Source: Nitrospirota bacterium (GTDB taxonomy: Bacteria > Nitrospirota > JACRHJ01). Taken from it: a DNA stretch of 64,000 bases. The number at the start of each line of letters is the position of its first letter. Within the stretch, counting starts at the first letter, position 1. This document shows, piece after piece, positions 41,352-54,298 of the stretch. Position numbers and translations under genes: made by a program. The DNA lies in assembly GCA_963845245.1 (NCBI GenBank), contig CAWJRJ010000013.1, forward strand, positions 1 through 64,000. The letters run 5' to 3'. A model generated the notes under the pieces. That model did not search any database. It was not told the origin of the DNA and saw only the letters and a program-made list of their open reading frames with translations.

Positions 41352-42233
41352 TCATGGCGTGAAAGCCCTGGTAACGTCCGCCGCGACGCCCTCTTTTGCC
41401 GCCACCACTGCACGCACCTTCTCGGTGTCAACAATGCTGGCCAGCCCTGCCTCTTTTATCTGCCTCTCGGCCTCGGCCAGCAGGTCGCCGGTTTTGCCGT
41501 ATATGTCCAGGTGCACCTCAAGGAACACCCTGCCGTTCTCGGTCAGGGCCAGCTTCACCGGTTCGTAGATTATAATGCCCTTGTCGCGTATATTCGCCGC
41601 CTTATAGAATGCCTCAGCGTCCGCAGGCTTGAGCCTGATGCAGCCGTGGCTCCTGAAACCGTATATGGATTCAGGCCAGATGGTTGAATGTATCAGGACT
41701 CCGTTTATCGAGGTGCCGACAGCGCAGTCACCGAGCGGGTTGTCCTTGCCGGGGAGCACCTCTGTCTTCACCGGCTCCCCGTTTTTTGCCATCTCCTTCT
41801 GGATGGAAACCGGGACGTGCCATGTTGGTTTCAGTCTTTTTGAATTCACCGTAAACGCGCCCATTGGAGTCTGCCATGTGCGCTTCCCAAGCGCGACTGG
41901 GTAGTGCGCTGTGAGCTTGCCATCACGGAAGAGGTAGAGCGTCCGGTCCGGTATGTTTATTATTATGCCGTCTGGTATCGCCTCGGGTATTATGGTCCGC
42001 CTGGTGATTTTGAATGTCTCACCGATCTTAACCTTGTCGTTCTTTTTTGGGTTCTCCTTAAGTAAGCGGCTGCAGTCGACACCGTTCATCCCTGAGATCT
42101 TGCAGAGGTAGTCGCCCTTGGCCGCCTTGTAAGTGATGTCCTCCTCGACCACCTGCCGGTACGCAGCAAGGGCCGGGGTGGTGGCAAACACCAGTAACAG
42201 CAAAGACAAAAGCAGGGATTGCAAATGGATCAT
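41352..42233 (-). CDS. L,D-transpeptidase with LysM-like domain
   Basis: ININIP, YPVALG, NPLG, IHST...SHGCIRL. Confidence 0.92.
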   Translation of the reverse strand: MIHLQSLLLSLLLLVFATTPALAAYRQVVEEDITYKAAKGDYLCKISGMNGVDCSRLLKENPKKNDKVKIGETFKITRRTIIPEAIPDGIIINIPDRTLYLFRDGKLTAHYPVALGKRTWQTPMGAFTVNSKRLKPTWHVPVSIQKEMAKNGEPVKTEVLPGKDNPLGDCAVGTSINGVLIHSTIWPESIYGFRSHGCIRLKPADAEAFYKAANIRDKGIIIYEPVKLALTENGRVFLEVHLDIYGKTGDLLAEAERQIKEAGLASIVDTEKVRAVVAAKEGVAADVTRAFTP

Positions 42234-42400
42234 ATGTGAGGTTGCACGGATTCTGGTTGATATTCTGAGGGGGTCCTGCTCTTTATTTTTAAAGTTAAAA
42301 CACGCACATTTTAACAGAAAGAGGACTTATTCTCAAGGGAATTCGGGAGTTTGCGTCTAAATGATTGGAATATAACGTTTTTTGCGGGGCGGGAAGACGT

Positions 42401-42432
42401 AAAAAAAGGGCCGGCAAATAGCCGGCCCTTTT
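42401..42432. terminator. Terminator after pgk
   Basis: A7-GGGCCGGC-loop-GCCGGCCC-T4. Confidence 0.8.
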
Positions 42433-42458
42433 GGATTCGTAATTGTTTCGTCAATCAG

Positions 42459-43649
42459 TTATTTCTTGTCCGTCAAGGATACGAGGCCCGGGAGGTCCTT
42501 GCCCTCAAGCAGCTCAAGCGACGCGCCGCCGCCTGTGGAGATGAACGACATGTTCTCCGATTCGCCCGCCTTGTGCACGGCCAGGTCGGTGTCGCCGCCG
42601 CCGACTATCGACAGCGCGTAGGAGTCCGCCACTGCGTGCGCGATGGCTATCGTGCCGCGCGAGAAGGCGTCTATCTCGAACACGCCCATAGGGCCGTTCC
42701 ATATGACGGTCTTTGCATTTGAGAGAGCCTCAGAGAAGAGCTTTACGGAGGCAGGGCCGATATCCAGCGCCCTCCAGCCCTTAGGTATCTCCTGAGAGGT
42801 GACTATCTTCGTCTCGGCGCCGGGCTCCATGCTCTGTGCGACTACGCAGTCGACAGGCAGATAGAACTTGACGCCGCGCTTGCGGGCCTTTAAACGGATG
42901 GACTCCGCGACGTCGAGCATCCCCTCCTCGACCATCGAGTCGCCTACCTCATAGCCCATCGCCTTGAGGAAGGTGAATGCCATGCCGCCGCCGATTATTA
43001 CCTTGTCCACCTTTTCCTGCAGGTTCTCGATGACGCCTATCTTGCCGGAGACCTTGGCGCCGCCCAGTATCGCGACGAGCGGCCTGACCGGGTTTGCAAC
43101 AGCGCCCTGGAGGTAGTCCACCTCTTTTTTGAGCAGGAAGCCCGCGACGGATTTGGCGACGTACTTTGTGATGCCGGAGGTCGAGGCGTGCGCCCTGTGC
43201 GCGGTGCCGAACGCGTCGTTGACGTAATAGTCGCAGCTGTCCGCCAGCGCCTTTGAGAAGGCGTCCTCATTCTTCTCCTCTTCAGGGTGGAACCGGAGGT
43301 TCTCAAGGAGGATGACGTCGCCGGGCTTCATGGCCTCGGAGGCCTTCTCGACCTCCGGCCCTATGCAGTCCGGCATGAAGGTGACCTCGCGGTCAAGCAG
43401 CCTCTGCAGCCTCTTTGCCACGGGCAGGAGGCTGAACTTCTGGTCCGGCTTCCCATTGGGGCGGCCCAGGTGCGAGGCCAGTATTATCTTCGCGCCGCCG
43501 TCTATCGCGTAGTTGATGGTCGGAAGCGCCGAGCGTATACGGGTGTCGTCCGTTATGTTCTGGTTCTCGTCCAGAGGGACGTTGAAGTCAACCCGGATAA
43601 ACAGCCGTTTGCCTTTTATATCCAGGTCTTCGATGGTCATCTTGTTCAT
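42459..43649 (-). CDS. pgk: Phosphoglycerate kinase
   Basis: [29 protein letters not shown]. Confidence 0.98.
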   Translation of the reverse strand: MNKMTIEDLDIKGKRLFIRVDFNVPLDENQNITDDTRIRSALPTINYAIDGGAKIILASHLGRPNGKPDQKFSLLPVAKRLQRLLDREVTFMPDCIGPEVEKASEAMKPGDVILLENLRFHPEEEKNEDAFSKALADSCDYYVNDAFGTAHRAHASTSGITKYVAKSVAGFLLKKEVDYLQGAVANPVRPLVAILGGAKVSGKIGVIENLQEKVDKVIIGGGMAFTFLKAMGYEVGDSMVEEGMLDVAESIRLKARKRGVKFYLPVDCVVAQSMEPGAETKIVTSQEIPKGWRALDIGPASVKLFSEALSNAKTVIWNGPMGVFEIDAFSRGTIAIAHAVADSYALSIVGGGDTDLAVHKAGESENMSFISTGGGASLELLEGKDLPGLVSLTDKK

Positions 43650-43665
43650 GGTGTCCTCCGCCGGG

Positions 43666-44682
<1,017 letters not shown>

Positions 44683-44877
44683 TTAACTTCCCCCTTTAAC
44701 GGTAGTAATATGGAAATGTCGGCGCGTGGCCGGCGAAAACTGCTGGGGCAAAACAACAATATAGCAAAATACTGCCAGGGATGTCAAAGGTTTTGAATGT
44801 AAAGCCCTGAGGCCACTAGCCCAGACATCCTCTAATCAGCGATTGACATTACGCAGGGCAGGTTATAAAATACACCT

Positions 44878-45529
44878 ATGAAGTATAAAGATGACAATAA
44901 GGATATCAAGGCGGTCTTCTTCGACCTCGGCAAAGTCCTGCTGCATTTTGACCACAACAATATCATAAAAAGGCTCCTTAGCCGTACCGCCCCTGATGCA
45001 GAGCGGACAGAGGGCCTTTTCCGGTTCCTTTTCGACGCAAATGATGGCCTTTGCAACAGGTACGACGAAGGGACTATAACCTCCATGGGTTTTTTCCAGG
45101 AGATAGACTCGATGTTTGCCCTGGGCATGGGTTACGATGAGTTCGCCCCGCTATGGAACGACATATTCACAGAGAACACGGATGTTGCCGCGCTGATGCG
45201 CAGGGTCAGGGATGCGGGGCGGCCGGTCTTTCTGCTTTCGAACATTAACGAGCTGCACTGGGAGTATGTAAAGGAGCGCTTTCCGGTATTGTCCGATATG
45301 GACGGCTGGGTGCTTTCTTATGAGGTGAAATCGAAAAAACCCGCTCCCGCGATATACAGGGCGGCCCTTGATATTGCAGGAGCCGGACCGGGCGAGACGG
45401 TTTTTATTGACGACCTGGAGGAAAACACCTCGGCTGCGGCATCTTGCGGCATAAAGGGCCTGACCTTCAAAGGCGCAGGCTCGCTCGAATCTGAACTTGA
45501 CGGGGCTTGGGTTAATAGGACTGGGATAG
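44878..45529 (+). CDS. HAD-family phosphatase (YihX-like); probable frameshift near 45500
   Basis: FFDLGKVL, LLSN, KKP, FIDD. A shifted frame gives a TAG at 45527, just before the next gene. Confidence 0.82.
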
Positions 45530-45532
45530 AAA

Positions 45533-47546
45533 ATGCCCAAACGAACGGGAAGAGATATCAAGCTCCTTGTCTTAATCTTCGGCCCGCTGTTTATTCTTTT
45601 CATCGTGCTCTCCGCCTTCCAGTACCACCACTACACAAATAACAGGTTAAGGGTAAGGCGCCAGCTTGAAAGGCGTCAGGACCTGGAGACCGAGCTTGCG
45701 GCAACAAGACTGCAAGCCTATGTCCAGGATATAACCTCGACACTGGGCAGGCTTTCAATATCCTTTGGCTCCTCAAAAAAATCCGACGAGAAAAACGAGG
45801 AGATAGGTAAGGCCTTCGACTCCCTGAGCGGTAAAGTCGAGCAGTTGTCATACTTTGACGGCGAAGGCAGGAAGGTCTACTCGGTGCTCGGAAAAGGGAC
45901 GCTTTTGCCGCTCCCGGAAAACTGCCGCTACGAGGAGTTTTTCACCGAGCCAAAGATGACTAGAGTCCCCTATATATCGCCCATCGTAAGGCTGGAAGAC
46001 AAGGAGGAGGTAATATATATCTCTTGTCCGGTCAAAGACGCTTCGACAGGCTCCTTTGCGGGGGTTGTTCTGGCCCAGATGAGCAGGACGTCGTTTGCCA
46101 ACGTATGCAAGCAAATCAAAGAGGTAGACCCTGACATCCGCTTCGCCTATTATAATCAACTGGGAGAAACAATCTGCCTGGACGGGTGCTTTCAGAAGGA
46201 GTGCCCCCCTGCGCGGAAAGAGCTGATTTCGGACGCGCCCGCGAGCGAGGTTATTGCCCCTGCCGGCGTCTCCCGGGACAGGCCACGGCGGCAGTCTGAG
46301 GGTGGCGTATCATCCCGTAAGGGTCGAGGGATATCGCTGGTACATGTCCTCTGAAATGCCCCTTTCGCTGGTTGGCAGCCTGGCCGAGGGGGACAAGTAT
46401 ACATATTCGGCGGCCGGCGCCCTGTTCCTGTTCTCGCTGATTGCCGGCGGCCTTTATTTCCGCCGGATATTTATGGAAAAGGCAGCTGCGGAGTCGGAGG
46501 CCTCCTATCAGGCTTCAATAGCCTCAAAGAACGATGCCTTCGAGGCTGAAAGAGACAAGCTCCTTGCCGTGCTGAACGGCGTGCCGGACGGGATCATACT
46601 CCTTGATGGTGAGGGCAGGGTGACCGACGTAAATGTCAGCATACGAAATATGGCCGGTATGCCAGCTGAAGACCAGTCCGGCAAGGTACCGGAAAGTCCG
46701 GGTCTTGCTGTTTTTTTGGGGCCTCTGGAAGGGCCAACGGATAAGACGGTAGGCGAGAAGACCTACAGGGTTATACCTGTCCCTGCCCACGAAGACGCCG
46801 GCGGTGCGCCAGGGGAGGTCAGGATAGTCAGGGACGTAACCATGGAAAAGTCTGTCGAACGCAAAAGAAAAAACATGGTCTCCATGATCACCCATGACAT
46901 CAAAAACCCGCTTGCGGCCATCATCGGAACATCCGAATGGCTGATAAACGACAAAATCAAGCCCTGCCTGGGCGACGACGGTATTGCAGCCGTTGAGTCG
47001 ATAAACCGTGCGGCCATCAGGATCCTTGCGTTAAGCGAGAACCTCCTCCTTTCCACCGGCGAGGAGGTGCCTAGGCCGCAGAAGGTCAATGCGGACGTGG
47101 GGGTTTTCCTTGAGAAGGTAATAACCGAATTCTACCTTGAGGCAAAGCGGAAGGGCATTTCTATAAGGCACGACGTTAACGAGGTTTCCGCTGAGATACA
47201 TATCGATGAGCAGCAGATGATGCGGGCCTTCTCGAACCTGATCAACAATTCACTCCGGCACACTCCCGAGGGCGGCGAGATAACGGTGGTAGCCAAGGAT
47301 TTCAGGGAGTATGTAACCGTATCCATATCGGATACAGGGCCCGGCATCAATAAAAGCGACCTCCCGCACATGTTCGAGAAGAACTATTGGGCGTCAAACG
47401 GGAAAGAGCGCACCAGGAAAGCGGGCCTCGGGCTCTCCATCGCAAAGAGCATTATAGAGGCACAAGGCGGCACTATCGAATTTGTCTCGGACGAGCAATA
47501 CACGGCAATGTTCGTGGTGCGCCTTCCAATCGCACCACAGGCCTGA
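45533..47546 (+). CDS. Cache/PAS sensor histidine kinase, frameshift near 46255
   Basis: TM, periplasmic domain, TM, PAS, then THDIKNPL, NLINNS, DTGPGI, GLGLSI. Confidence 0.88.
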
Positions 47547-47548
47547 AA

Positions 47549-48601
47549 TCAGGGCAGGGTAACCGATACCTCCACAGATTTTGCGCTCTCGTTTGGCGGG
47601 TCTGCGTTGTCCACCGCAGTAACGGCATAATAATATGTCTTGCCCGGCAGCACTTCGGTGTCCGTGAACGTGATGTTCAAAGACGGTTCTTTTGAAAGGG
47701 GACGGAATTCCTTCTCCCCGTCGGCCCTTTTGTAGAGTATGTAGCCTTTTATATCCGAGTCAGGGATTATGTCCCATGAGAGAAGCACGGCCTTGTCGCC
47801 GGGCACGGCCTGCAGGCCAGTCGGTGGGACGGGCGGCTCTTTGTCGGAAGGTGTTGCTTCGACGGTTTCCGAGGGAAGGCCCTCCGCAAACGGGGTTTCC
47901 TTGCCTCGCAGGGCGCTCACGGAATAATAATACGATGTGTTGTTTACGAGGCCGGTATCCTCAAAACGCTCGCCGGTAACCGGCGCCGTGTTTACGGAGA
48001 CGGGTTTCTCACCCTTCTTAGCAAAACGGTAGACGTTGTAGCCTGCAAGGTCTTCAAGCGGGCTTCCGTCCTCGAGCTTTTTCACGGCAGTCCATCCAAG
48101 CAGTACCGAGCGGTTGCCGGCCTTTGCCGTCAACCCTTCCGGTTTCCCGGGCGGCAACAGCAGGCGGGCTTCTGCCTGGTTTGATTCCTGCCCCCTGAAA
48201 TCATCCTTGTTCACCCCGATAACCTTATAGAGATATTTCCGCCCGAAGAGGACACCTCCCTTGTCAGCCCAGACTATCCTTTTGCCGCTGATTTCGGCCT
48301 CCTTCGGGTATTCGAGGTCGATGAAAGCGACCTTCTCAAGCTTGCATTTACAGCCATCTCCGCTTTCCTCGTCCATCGCCCTGAGGACGTCAAACCCGGC
48401 AAGGTCGGTCAGCGGGTCGCCTTTTGTGTTTTTTGAAGGCATCGTCCAGGATAATATTATCTTGTCGCCATGGGGTTCGGCCTTCAGGTTTGCGACAGGC
48501 TGCGGCAATACGGTGCCTGGGATTATGAGGGCGCCTTTCCTCCCGCAGGCTGGAAGCATGGCTAGCAAGGCAACCGCTAAAATAAAAATCTTGAGTCTCA
48601 T
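47549..48601 (-). CDS. Fibronectin type III repeat lipoprotein
   Basis: Lipobox LPAC-GRKG; three FN3-like repeats. Confidence 0.88.
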   Translation of the reverse strand: MRLKIFILAVALLAMLPACGRKGALIIPGTVLPQPVANLKAEPHGDKIILSWTMPSKNTKGDPLTDLAGFDVLRAMDEESGDGCKCKLEKVAFIDLEYPKEAEISGKRIVWADKGGVLFGRKYLYKVIGVNKDDFRGQESNQAEARLLLPPGKPEGLTAKAGNRSVLLGWTAVKKLEDGSPLEDLAGYNVYRFAKKGEKPVSVNTAPVTGERFEDTGLVNNTSYYYSVSALRGKETPFAEGLPSETVEATPSDKEPPVPPTGLQAVPGDKAVLLSWDIIPDSDIKGYILYKRADGEKEFRPLSKEPSLNITFTDTEVLPGKTYYYAVTAVDNADPPNESAKSVEVSVTLP

Positions 48602-48694
48602 TATTAGCCTTTCGAAGAGTCGGTATATTTATTTGCTAAAAAAATGCTATATTATAGCAGAAATTTAAGAATTTCATTAAAAAAAGGGGGATGG

Positions 48695-50105
48695 ATGACA
48701 AGGACAAAGATTGTGGCCACTCTGGGCCCGGCTAGCTCAACGGATAAGGCAATCCGTGAGCTGATGAATGCGGGTGTTGACGTCTTCCGTCTTAATATGT
48801 CTCACGGGGATCATGCCTCCCATGCCCGGCTTATAAAAAAGATCAGGGATGCGCAAAACAAGGGGCCTGGCCATCCAGCGATCCTGGGCGACCTCTGCGG
48901 TCCCAAGATAAGGGTGGGCAGGCTTGAAGGCGGCCAGGCCGTCCTTGTCGGCAGGAAGCCAGGTTGTCTTGACGGCCGCAAACATTACAGGAGACCCGGG
49001 CAGGCTGCATGTCTCCTATCCCGCGCTTGGAGTGGGCATGAAGAAGGGGATGCGGGTGTTGCTGGCGGACGGGATGTTCGAACTGAAGGTAGTCTCCGCA
49101 AGCCCCGGTGAAGCGGTCTGCAAAGTCATAAAGGGCGGGATTCTGAAGGAAGGCAAGGGGGTAAACTTCCCCGGTCTCCCGCTTGACCTGCCGTCACTTA
49201 CCGATAAGGACGCCAGAGACCTGGACTTCCTGTTAAGGGAAGGGGTTGATTTCATCGCTCTCTCCTTTGTGCGGCAGGCATCCGACGTGCAGGCATTGAA
49301 AGAGATGATCGAAAGGTCGGGAAAGGACACGCCGGTAATAGCGAAGATCGAGAGGCCGGAGGCTATAAGGAACCTTAAGGATATTATTATAGCCTCGGAT
49401 GGGATAATGGTTGCGCGCGGCGACCTGGGTGTCGAGATGCCCCCGGAACTTGTGCCGCCTCTGCAAAAGAGGATAATCAAGCTGTGCAACTTCTATAAGA
49501 AGCCGGTGATCACAGCAACCCAGATGCTTGAGTCGATGGTTCGAAATCCCAGGCCCACCCGTGCCGAGGCCTCGGACGTGGCTGGCGCCGTGTTCGACGG
49601 TACGGACGCGCTTATGCTCTCCGAGGAGACCGCTGCGGGTGAATACCCCGTGGCATCTGTTCTGATGATGGACCGTGTTGCCAGAGAGGCCGAAAAATAC
49701 GCGGTATTCCCGGATTTAGAAACGGAGGTTTCAGGGCAGATGGAGGCTATAGCTTCGTCAGCCTGCCGCTGCGCCGAAGAGCTTGGGGCAAAGGCGATTA
49801 TATGCTTCACCCGCTCCGGCGCGACCGCGCTCCACATTTCAAAAAGCAGGCCGCCTGCCGCTATAATTGCGGCAACCCCGGACAGGAGGGTACTGCGTAA
49901 GATGCGCCTGTATTACGGGGTTATCCCGGTCCTGATAAAGTTGCGGGAAAATACTGACCGGATCATAAAAGAGGTGGAAGATGCGGCCCTGTCCCGAAGG
50001 CTTGTACGAGAGGGAGACCTGGTTATCCTGACACTTGGGGTTCCCGCCGCCGACAGCCCCACCAACCTAATGAAGATACAAAGGGTGGGGGAGGGTTTCA
50101 GGTAG
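48695..50105 (+). CDS. pyk: Pyruvate kinase, frameshift near 48950
   Basis: RTKIVATLGP, RLNMSHG, IAKIE, ARGDLG, ATQMLESM. Confidence 0.95.
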
Positions 50106-50166
50106 CAGTAATCATTCTCAGCTGGTTTCCCATGCTTGTGATATAATTATATATAAGAGGTGATAT

Positions 50167-50412
50167 ATGAAACACAACATGGGGAAAAGTGAAAGATTGT
50201 TCAGGTTCCTGCTGGGTATTGCGCTGCTGATTGTGGGCTGGGTTTATTTGGGCGGTTTCGGAATGATGGTCGCCTCGTCCATATTTATCGTAGTTGGCGC
50301 GGCATTGATTATTACCGGGGTATTTTCATACTGCCCGATCAACGCGATCATACACCACAATTCCTGCAACTCGTGCAGGCATGGAATGACTGACAAGCAC
50401 CTGCCCGTCTAG
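50167..50412 (+). CDS. DUF2892 membrane protein, copy 1
   Basis: MKHNMGKSERLFR..G, two TM segments, YCP. Confidence 0.88.
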   Translation: MKHNMGKSERLFRFLLGIALLIVGWVYLGGFGMMVASSIFIVVGAALIITGVFSYCPINAIIHHNSCNSCRHGMTDKHLPV

Positions 50413-50435
50413 GCAGAAAAGACCCTATTTAAATT

Positions 50436-50464
50436 AAAAGGCGGCCTAAACGGCCGCCTTTTTT
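50436..50464. terminator. Terminator
   Basis: AAAAGGCGGCC-loop-GGCCGCCTTTTTT. Confidence 0.85.
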
Positions 50465-50584
50465 ATTAAATCTGTCAACTTATAAACAGGTTTTCTTTTA
50501 AATGCAATTGTTATGAACATCAAAATATTTACTTGACAAGTCTGGTAATTTATGGTCTATTATAGACTAAACAGGAGGTGCTTT

Positions 50585-50830
50585 ATGAAGCATAACATCG
50601 GTAAGTGTGAGAGGATGCTCAGGGTTGCTTTCGGAGTCTTGTTTGTGGTTAATGGCTGGGGAATGCTGGAAGGGTACGGGCCAGGGATTGCATCGTCATT
50701 TATGTTAATCGCGGGGGCGGCACTCATCATAACCGGGGTGTTCTCTTACTGCCCGATCAACGTCATGTTAGGCCATAACTCCTGCAAACACTGCAAGGAG
50801 GGAGTCACCGAAGAACATATACCAATATGA
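50585..50830 (+). CDS. DUF2892 membrane protein, copy 2
   Basis: Paralog of 50167-50412; AGGAGG RBS. Confidence 0.88.
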   Translation: MKHNIGKCERMLRVAFGVLFVVNGWGMLEGYGPGIASSFMLIAGAALIITGVFSYCPINVMLGHNSCKHCKEGVTEEHIPI

Positions 50831-50854
50831 ACCTAGTTCTGCTGGAATTATAAC

Positions 50855-50881
50855 GGCGGCCTTCAAAGGCCGCCTTTTTTT
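50855..50881 (+). terminator. Terminator
   Basis: GGCGGCCTT-loop-AAGGCCGCC followed by a T-tract. Confidence 0.8.
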
Positions 50882-51042
50882 ATGCCAGACCCCCCGCAGT
50901 CTTCCTCTTATCCAAAGTTTCGAAACCCGATTATTGCAGGATATTAAGTAAGTAATGTGCTTATAAATAGAAGAGGGTATGTTTAACTACATTGAACTGG
51001 TATTCAAACAAAGAAGTTCGGAGAGTGAACTGAGAACAAAAC

Positions 51043-51074
51043 AAAAAAGGCGGCCTTCGCAGGCCGCCTTTTTT
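51043..51074. terminator. Bidirectional terminator
   Basis: A6-GGCGGCCT-loop-AGGCCGCC-T6. Confidence 0.85.
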
Positions 51075-51090
51075 ATCGGGTTTTAACCGT

Positions 51091-51849
51091 TTATTTCTCT
51101 ATGTCGATGTTTTTTATGCAGGTCTTGCCTTCGACGTCCAGGCAGTAGGCCTTAATCTTTGCGCCGGTCTCGATCTTGGAGATAGGGGCACCTTTGGTCG
51201 ACTTCTGGTAATATAGGGTCTGCTCCCCGCTGGTCGTCTTGATTACTACGGTCTTTTTCTCCGGGTCGATTGAGACGACCTCGCCCGTAAGCTTTATGCC
51301 CGTTACGGCTGCCTTTGCAGGGATTATGGTTATCTTCTTCGCGCAGGTCGTGCCTTCGACGTCGATGCAGTCGACCCTCACCATCGTGCCGGGCTTAAGC
51401 TCGGTTGCCGGTATGGTCTCGGCCTTCTTGCCCGTGCCCTTCTTGATTACAGGTTCTTCCTTGGTGCTTATCGTGACCTTCTTGCCCTTCTTGGTCTTTA
51501 TCACAACGGTCTTGCCTTCCGGGTCGATCGATACGACCTCGCCCTCGATCATCGAGGCGCCCTTCACGGCCTCCTTGCCGGATACTATCTTTATCTCTTC
51601 CGCGCATGACTTGCCTTCGACGTCGATGCAGGTTATGTCGACCTTCATGCCAGGCTTGACGCCTTTGAGGCCCTTGGTACTCTCCTGCAGCATGATATGC
51701 TTCTGGCCGCCGGGCGTATTGATCACAAGGGTTTTGCCTGCGGAATCAATCGATACGACCTCGCCCGTCACCGTTTCCGCGGCAAAAGCGTTCACTGCCA
51801 GACCTGCAACCAACAAGAGCGATGCCAGAAGCGATAGCGTCTTCCTCAT
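51091..51849 (-). CDS. Secreted protein with three OB-fold-like repeats (CxDxxGKxC)
   Basis: Signal peptide; three G[E/K]VVSID...K..VI...C.D..GK.C repeats. Confidence 0.85.
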   Translation of the reverse strand: MRKTLSLLASLLLVAGLAVNAFAAETVTGEVVSIDSAGKTLVINTPGGQKHIMLQESTKGLKGVKPGMKVDITCIDVEGKSCAEEIKIVSGKEAVKGASMIEGEVVSIDPEGKTVVIKTKKGKKVTISTKEEPVIKKGTGKKAETIPATELKPGTMVRVDCIDVEGTTCAKKITIIPAKAAVTGIKLTGEVVSIDPEKKTVVIKTTSGEQTLYYQKSTKGAPISKIETGAKIKAYCLDVEGKTCIKNIDIEK

Positions 51850-52024
51850 TTTCCCCTCCTCAGATGTGTGGACAATAAAGCCTTGCGACATTAATGTATT
51901 AAATATAACAACGCAAAACAATTTCTGTCAACATTCGGGCAATAATAATTAAATGAAAATCCGGTGCGGTTTGGTGTATAATCTCCTTCCTCGCACGGGG
52001 CATCTTAAAAACAAGGGATATTCA

Positions 52025-54157
52025 ATGGAAATCAAATATATTCAAGACATTGCACGCGAATTGGGGCTGGGCATCAACCAGGTACAGGCTACTACAGCCC
52101 TTTTGGACGAAGGCGGCACCATCCCGTTCATAGCCCGCTACAGAAAAGAGGCTACAGGCTCGCTGGACGAGGTGGCCGTGGCCGCCATACGCGACAGGCT
52201 GGCCCAGCTTATCGAGCTGGACAAACGCCGCGAGGCGATACTGAAGTCAATGGGCGAACAGGGAGTCCTGACGGACGAACTCAAGGCGAAGGTACTTGCC
52301 GCCGAAACCATGACCGTCCTCGAGGACATATACCTGCCGTACAGGCCCAAGCGCCGCACCCGCGCCACGATGGCGAAGGAGAAGGGCCTGGAGCCGTTGG
52401 CCCAGCTCATCTTCGCACAGGAAGGTATCGACCCGCTTGCAGAGGCCGCGCTTTACATCGACCCGGAGAAGGGCGTGAACACCCTCGATGAAGCCCTTGC
52501 CGGTGCGCGTGACATCATCGCCGAGTGGGTCAGCGAAGATGCTGCCGCCCGCGAGAGGATGCGCATGCTGTTCAACACGAAGGGCACCTTCCGCTCGAAG
52601 GTGCTGACAGGCAAGGAGGAGGAAGGGGCGAAGTTCCGTGACTATTTCGACTGGCAGGAGCCGGTTTCCTCCGCGCCCTCGCACCGCATACTCGCAATGA
52701 GGCGCGGCGAGAAGGAGGGCTTCATCAGCTTCCAGCTTGCCCCGCCCGAGGAGGAGGCGCTGATAGAGCTTGAAACACAGTTCGTCAAGGGCACAGGCGC
52801 AGATTCTGTACAGGTGAGGCTTGCGGTGCAGGACGGGTACAAGAGGCTCCTCTCGCTGTCCATCGAGACCGAGACGCGCCTTGCCACAAAGAAGCGTGCC
52901 GAGACCGAGGCGATACGCGTGTTCGCCGAGAACCTTCGCCAGCTACTCCTTGCGCCGCCGCTCGGGGGCAAGAACGTCCTCGCCATCGACCCGGGCTTTC
53001 GCACCGGCTGCAAGGTCGTCGCGCTCGACCGTCAGGGCAAGCTGCTCCATAACGATACGATATACCCGACGATGTCGGAAAGCGCAAAGGACGCCGCAGC
53101 CTCAAAGGTGCGCGAGCTGTGCGCAAGATATGAAGTCGAGATAATTGCCATAGGCAACGGTACGGCGGGGCGCGAGACGGAAACCTTCGTGCGCAGCCTC
53201 GGGTTGCCCGGCTCCATAAAGACCGTAATGGTGAACGAGAGCGGCGCGTCCATATACTCGGCTTCCGAGGTTGCACGCGAGGAGTTCCCGGACCACGACA
53301 TCACGGTGCGCGGCTCGGTATCCATCGGCAGGCGTCTGATGGACCCGCTGGCCGAGCTTGTAAAGATAGACCCCAAGTCCATAGGCGTAGGACAGTACCA
53401 GCACGACGTGGACCAGTCGGCGCTGAAGAAGAGCCTGGACGATGTTGTCATAAGCTGCGTCAACGGCGTCGGCGTGGAGGTGAACACGGCGAGCAAGGAG
53501 CTTCTCACCTATGTGTCGGGCCTTGGCCCGCAACTCGCCAAGAACATTGTTGATTACCGAAATGCCAACGGCCCGTTCCCCGCACGCGAGAAGCTCCTGA
53601 CCGTCCCGCGCCTGGGTCCAAAGGCATTCGAGCAGGCGGCCGGGTTCCTTCGGATAAGGGATGCGGAGAACCCGCTCGATGCAAGCGCGGTGCACCCGGA
53701 GAGCTATCCGGTGGTGGAGGCGATGGCGAAGGACTTGAACTGCACCGTGGCCGACCTGATGAAGAGCGCGGAGCTACGCAAGAGGATTGACCCGAAGAAA
53801 TACGTGACGGACAAGGTGGGCCTCCCGACACTGAACGACATAATCGCGGAGCTTTCAAAGCCGGGCCGCGACCCGCGCCAGCAGTTCGAGGCCTTCAGCT
53901 TCACGGACGGCGTGGACAAGATAACCGACCTTGAGGTCGGCATGAAGCTCCCCGGCGTGGTGACGAACATTACCGCCTTCGGCGCGTTCGTTGATATCGG
54001 CGTGCACCAGGACGGGCTCGTGCATATCAGCCAGCTTGCGGACAGGTTCGTGAAGAACCCTGCCGACGTGGTGAAGGTGAGCCAGAGGGTCAACGTCACC
54101 GTGCTTGAGGTGGACGTGAAAAGGAACAGGATTTCGCTTTCGATGAAGACAAAGTAA
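52025..54157 (+). CDS. tex: Tex-family RNA-binding protein
   Basis: TIPFIARYRKEATG, IDPGFRTGCK, GVGQYQHDV, C-terminal S1 domain. Confidence 0.96.
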   Translation: MEIKYIQDIARELGLGINQVQATTALLDEGGTIPFIARYRKEATGSLDEVAVAAIRDRLAQLIELDKRREAILKSMGEQGVLTDELKAKVLAAETMTVLEDIYLPYRPKRRTRATMAKEKGLEPLAQLIFAQEGIDPLAEAALYIDPEKGVNTLDEALAGARDIIAEWVSEDAAARERMRMLFNTKGTFRSKVLTGKEEEGAKFRDYFDWQEPVSSAPSHRILAMRRGEKEGFISFQLAPPEEEALIELETQFVKGTGADSVQVRLAVQDGYKRLLSLSIETETRLATKKRAETEAIRVFAENLRQLLLAPPLGGKNVLAIDPGFRTGCKVVALDRQGKLLHNDTIYPTMSESAKDAAASKVRELCARYEVEIIAIGNGTAGRETETFVRSLGLPGSIKTVMVNESGASIYSASEVAREEFPDHDITVRGSVSIGRRLMDPLAELVKIDPKSIGVGQYQHDVDQSALKKSLDDVVISCVNGVGVEVNTASKELLTYVSGLGPQLAKNIVDYRNANGPFPAREKLLTVPRLGPKAFEQAAGFLRIRDAENPLDASAVHPESYPVVEAMAKDLNCTVADLMKSAELRKRIDPKKYVTDKVGLPTLNDIIAELSKPGRDPRQQFEAFSFTDGVDKITDLEVGMKLPGVVTNITAFGAFVDIGVHQDGLVHISQLADRFVKNPADVVKVSQRVNVTVLEVDVKRNRISLSMKTK

Positions 54158-54298
54158 ACACCTCGCCCTTAAGTATTACCTCCCCGCCCGGCTTCAAATC
54201 ACCGATTTGACAGAATCCGCCCCGAGTGCTTAACTTTTACTTAAGCGCACATGGAGTTTTCTGAATTTAAATCCAACGCCAGAAAAGGAGTCGGGACC

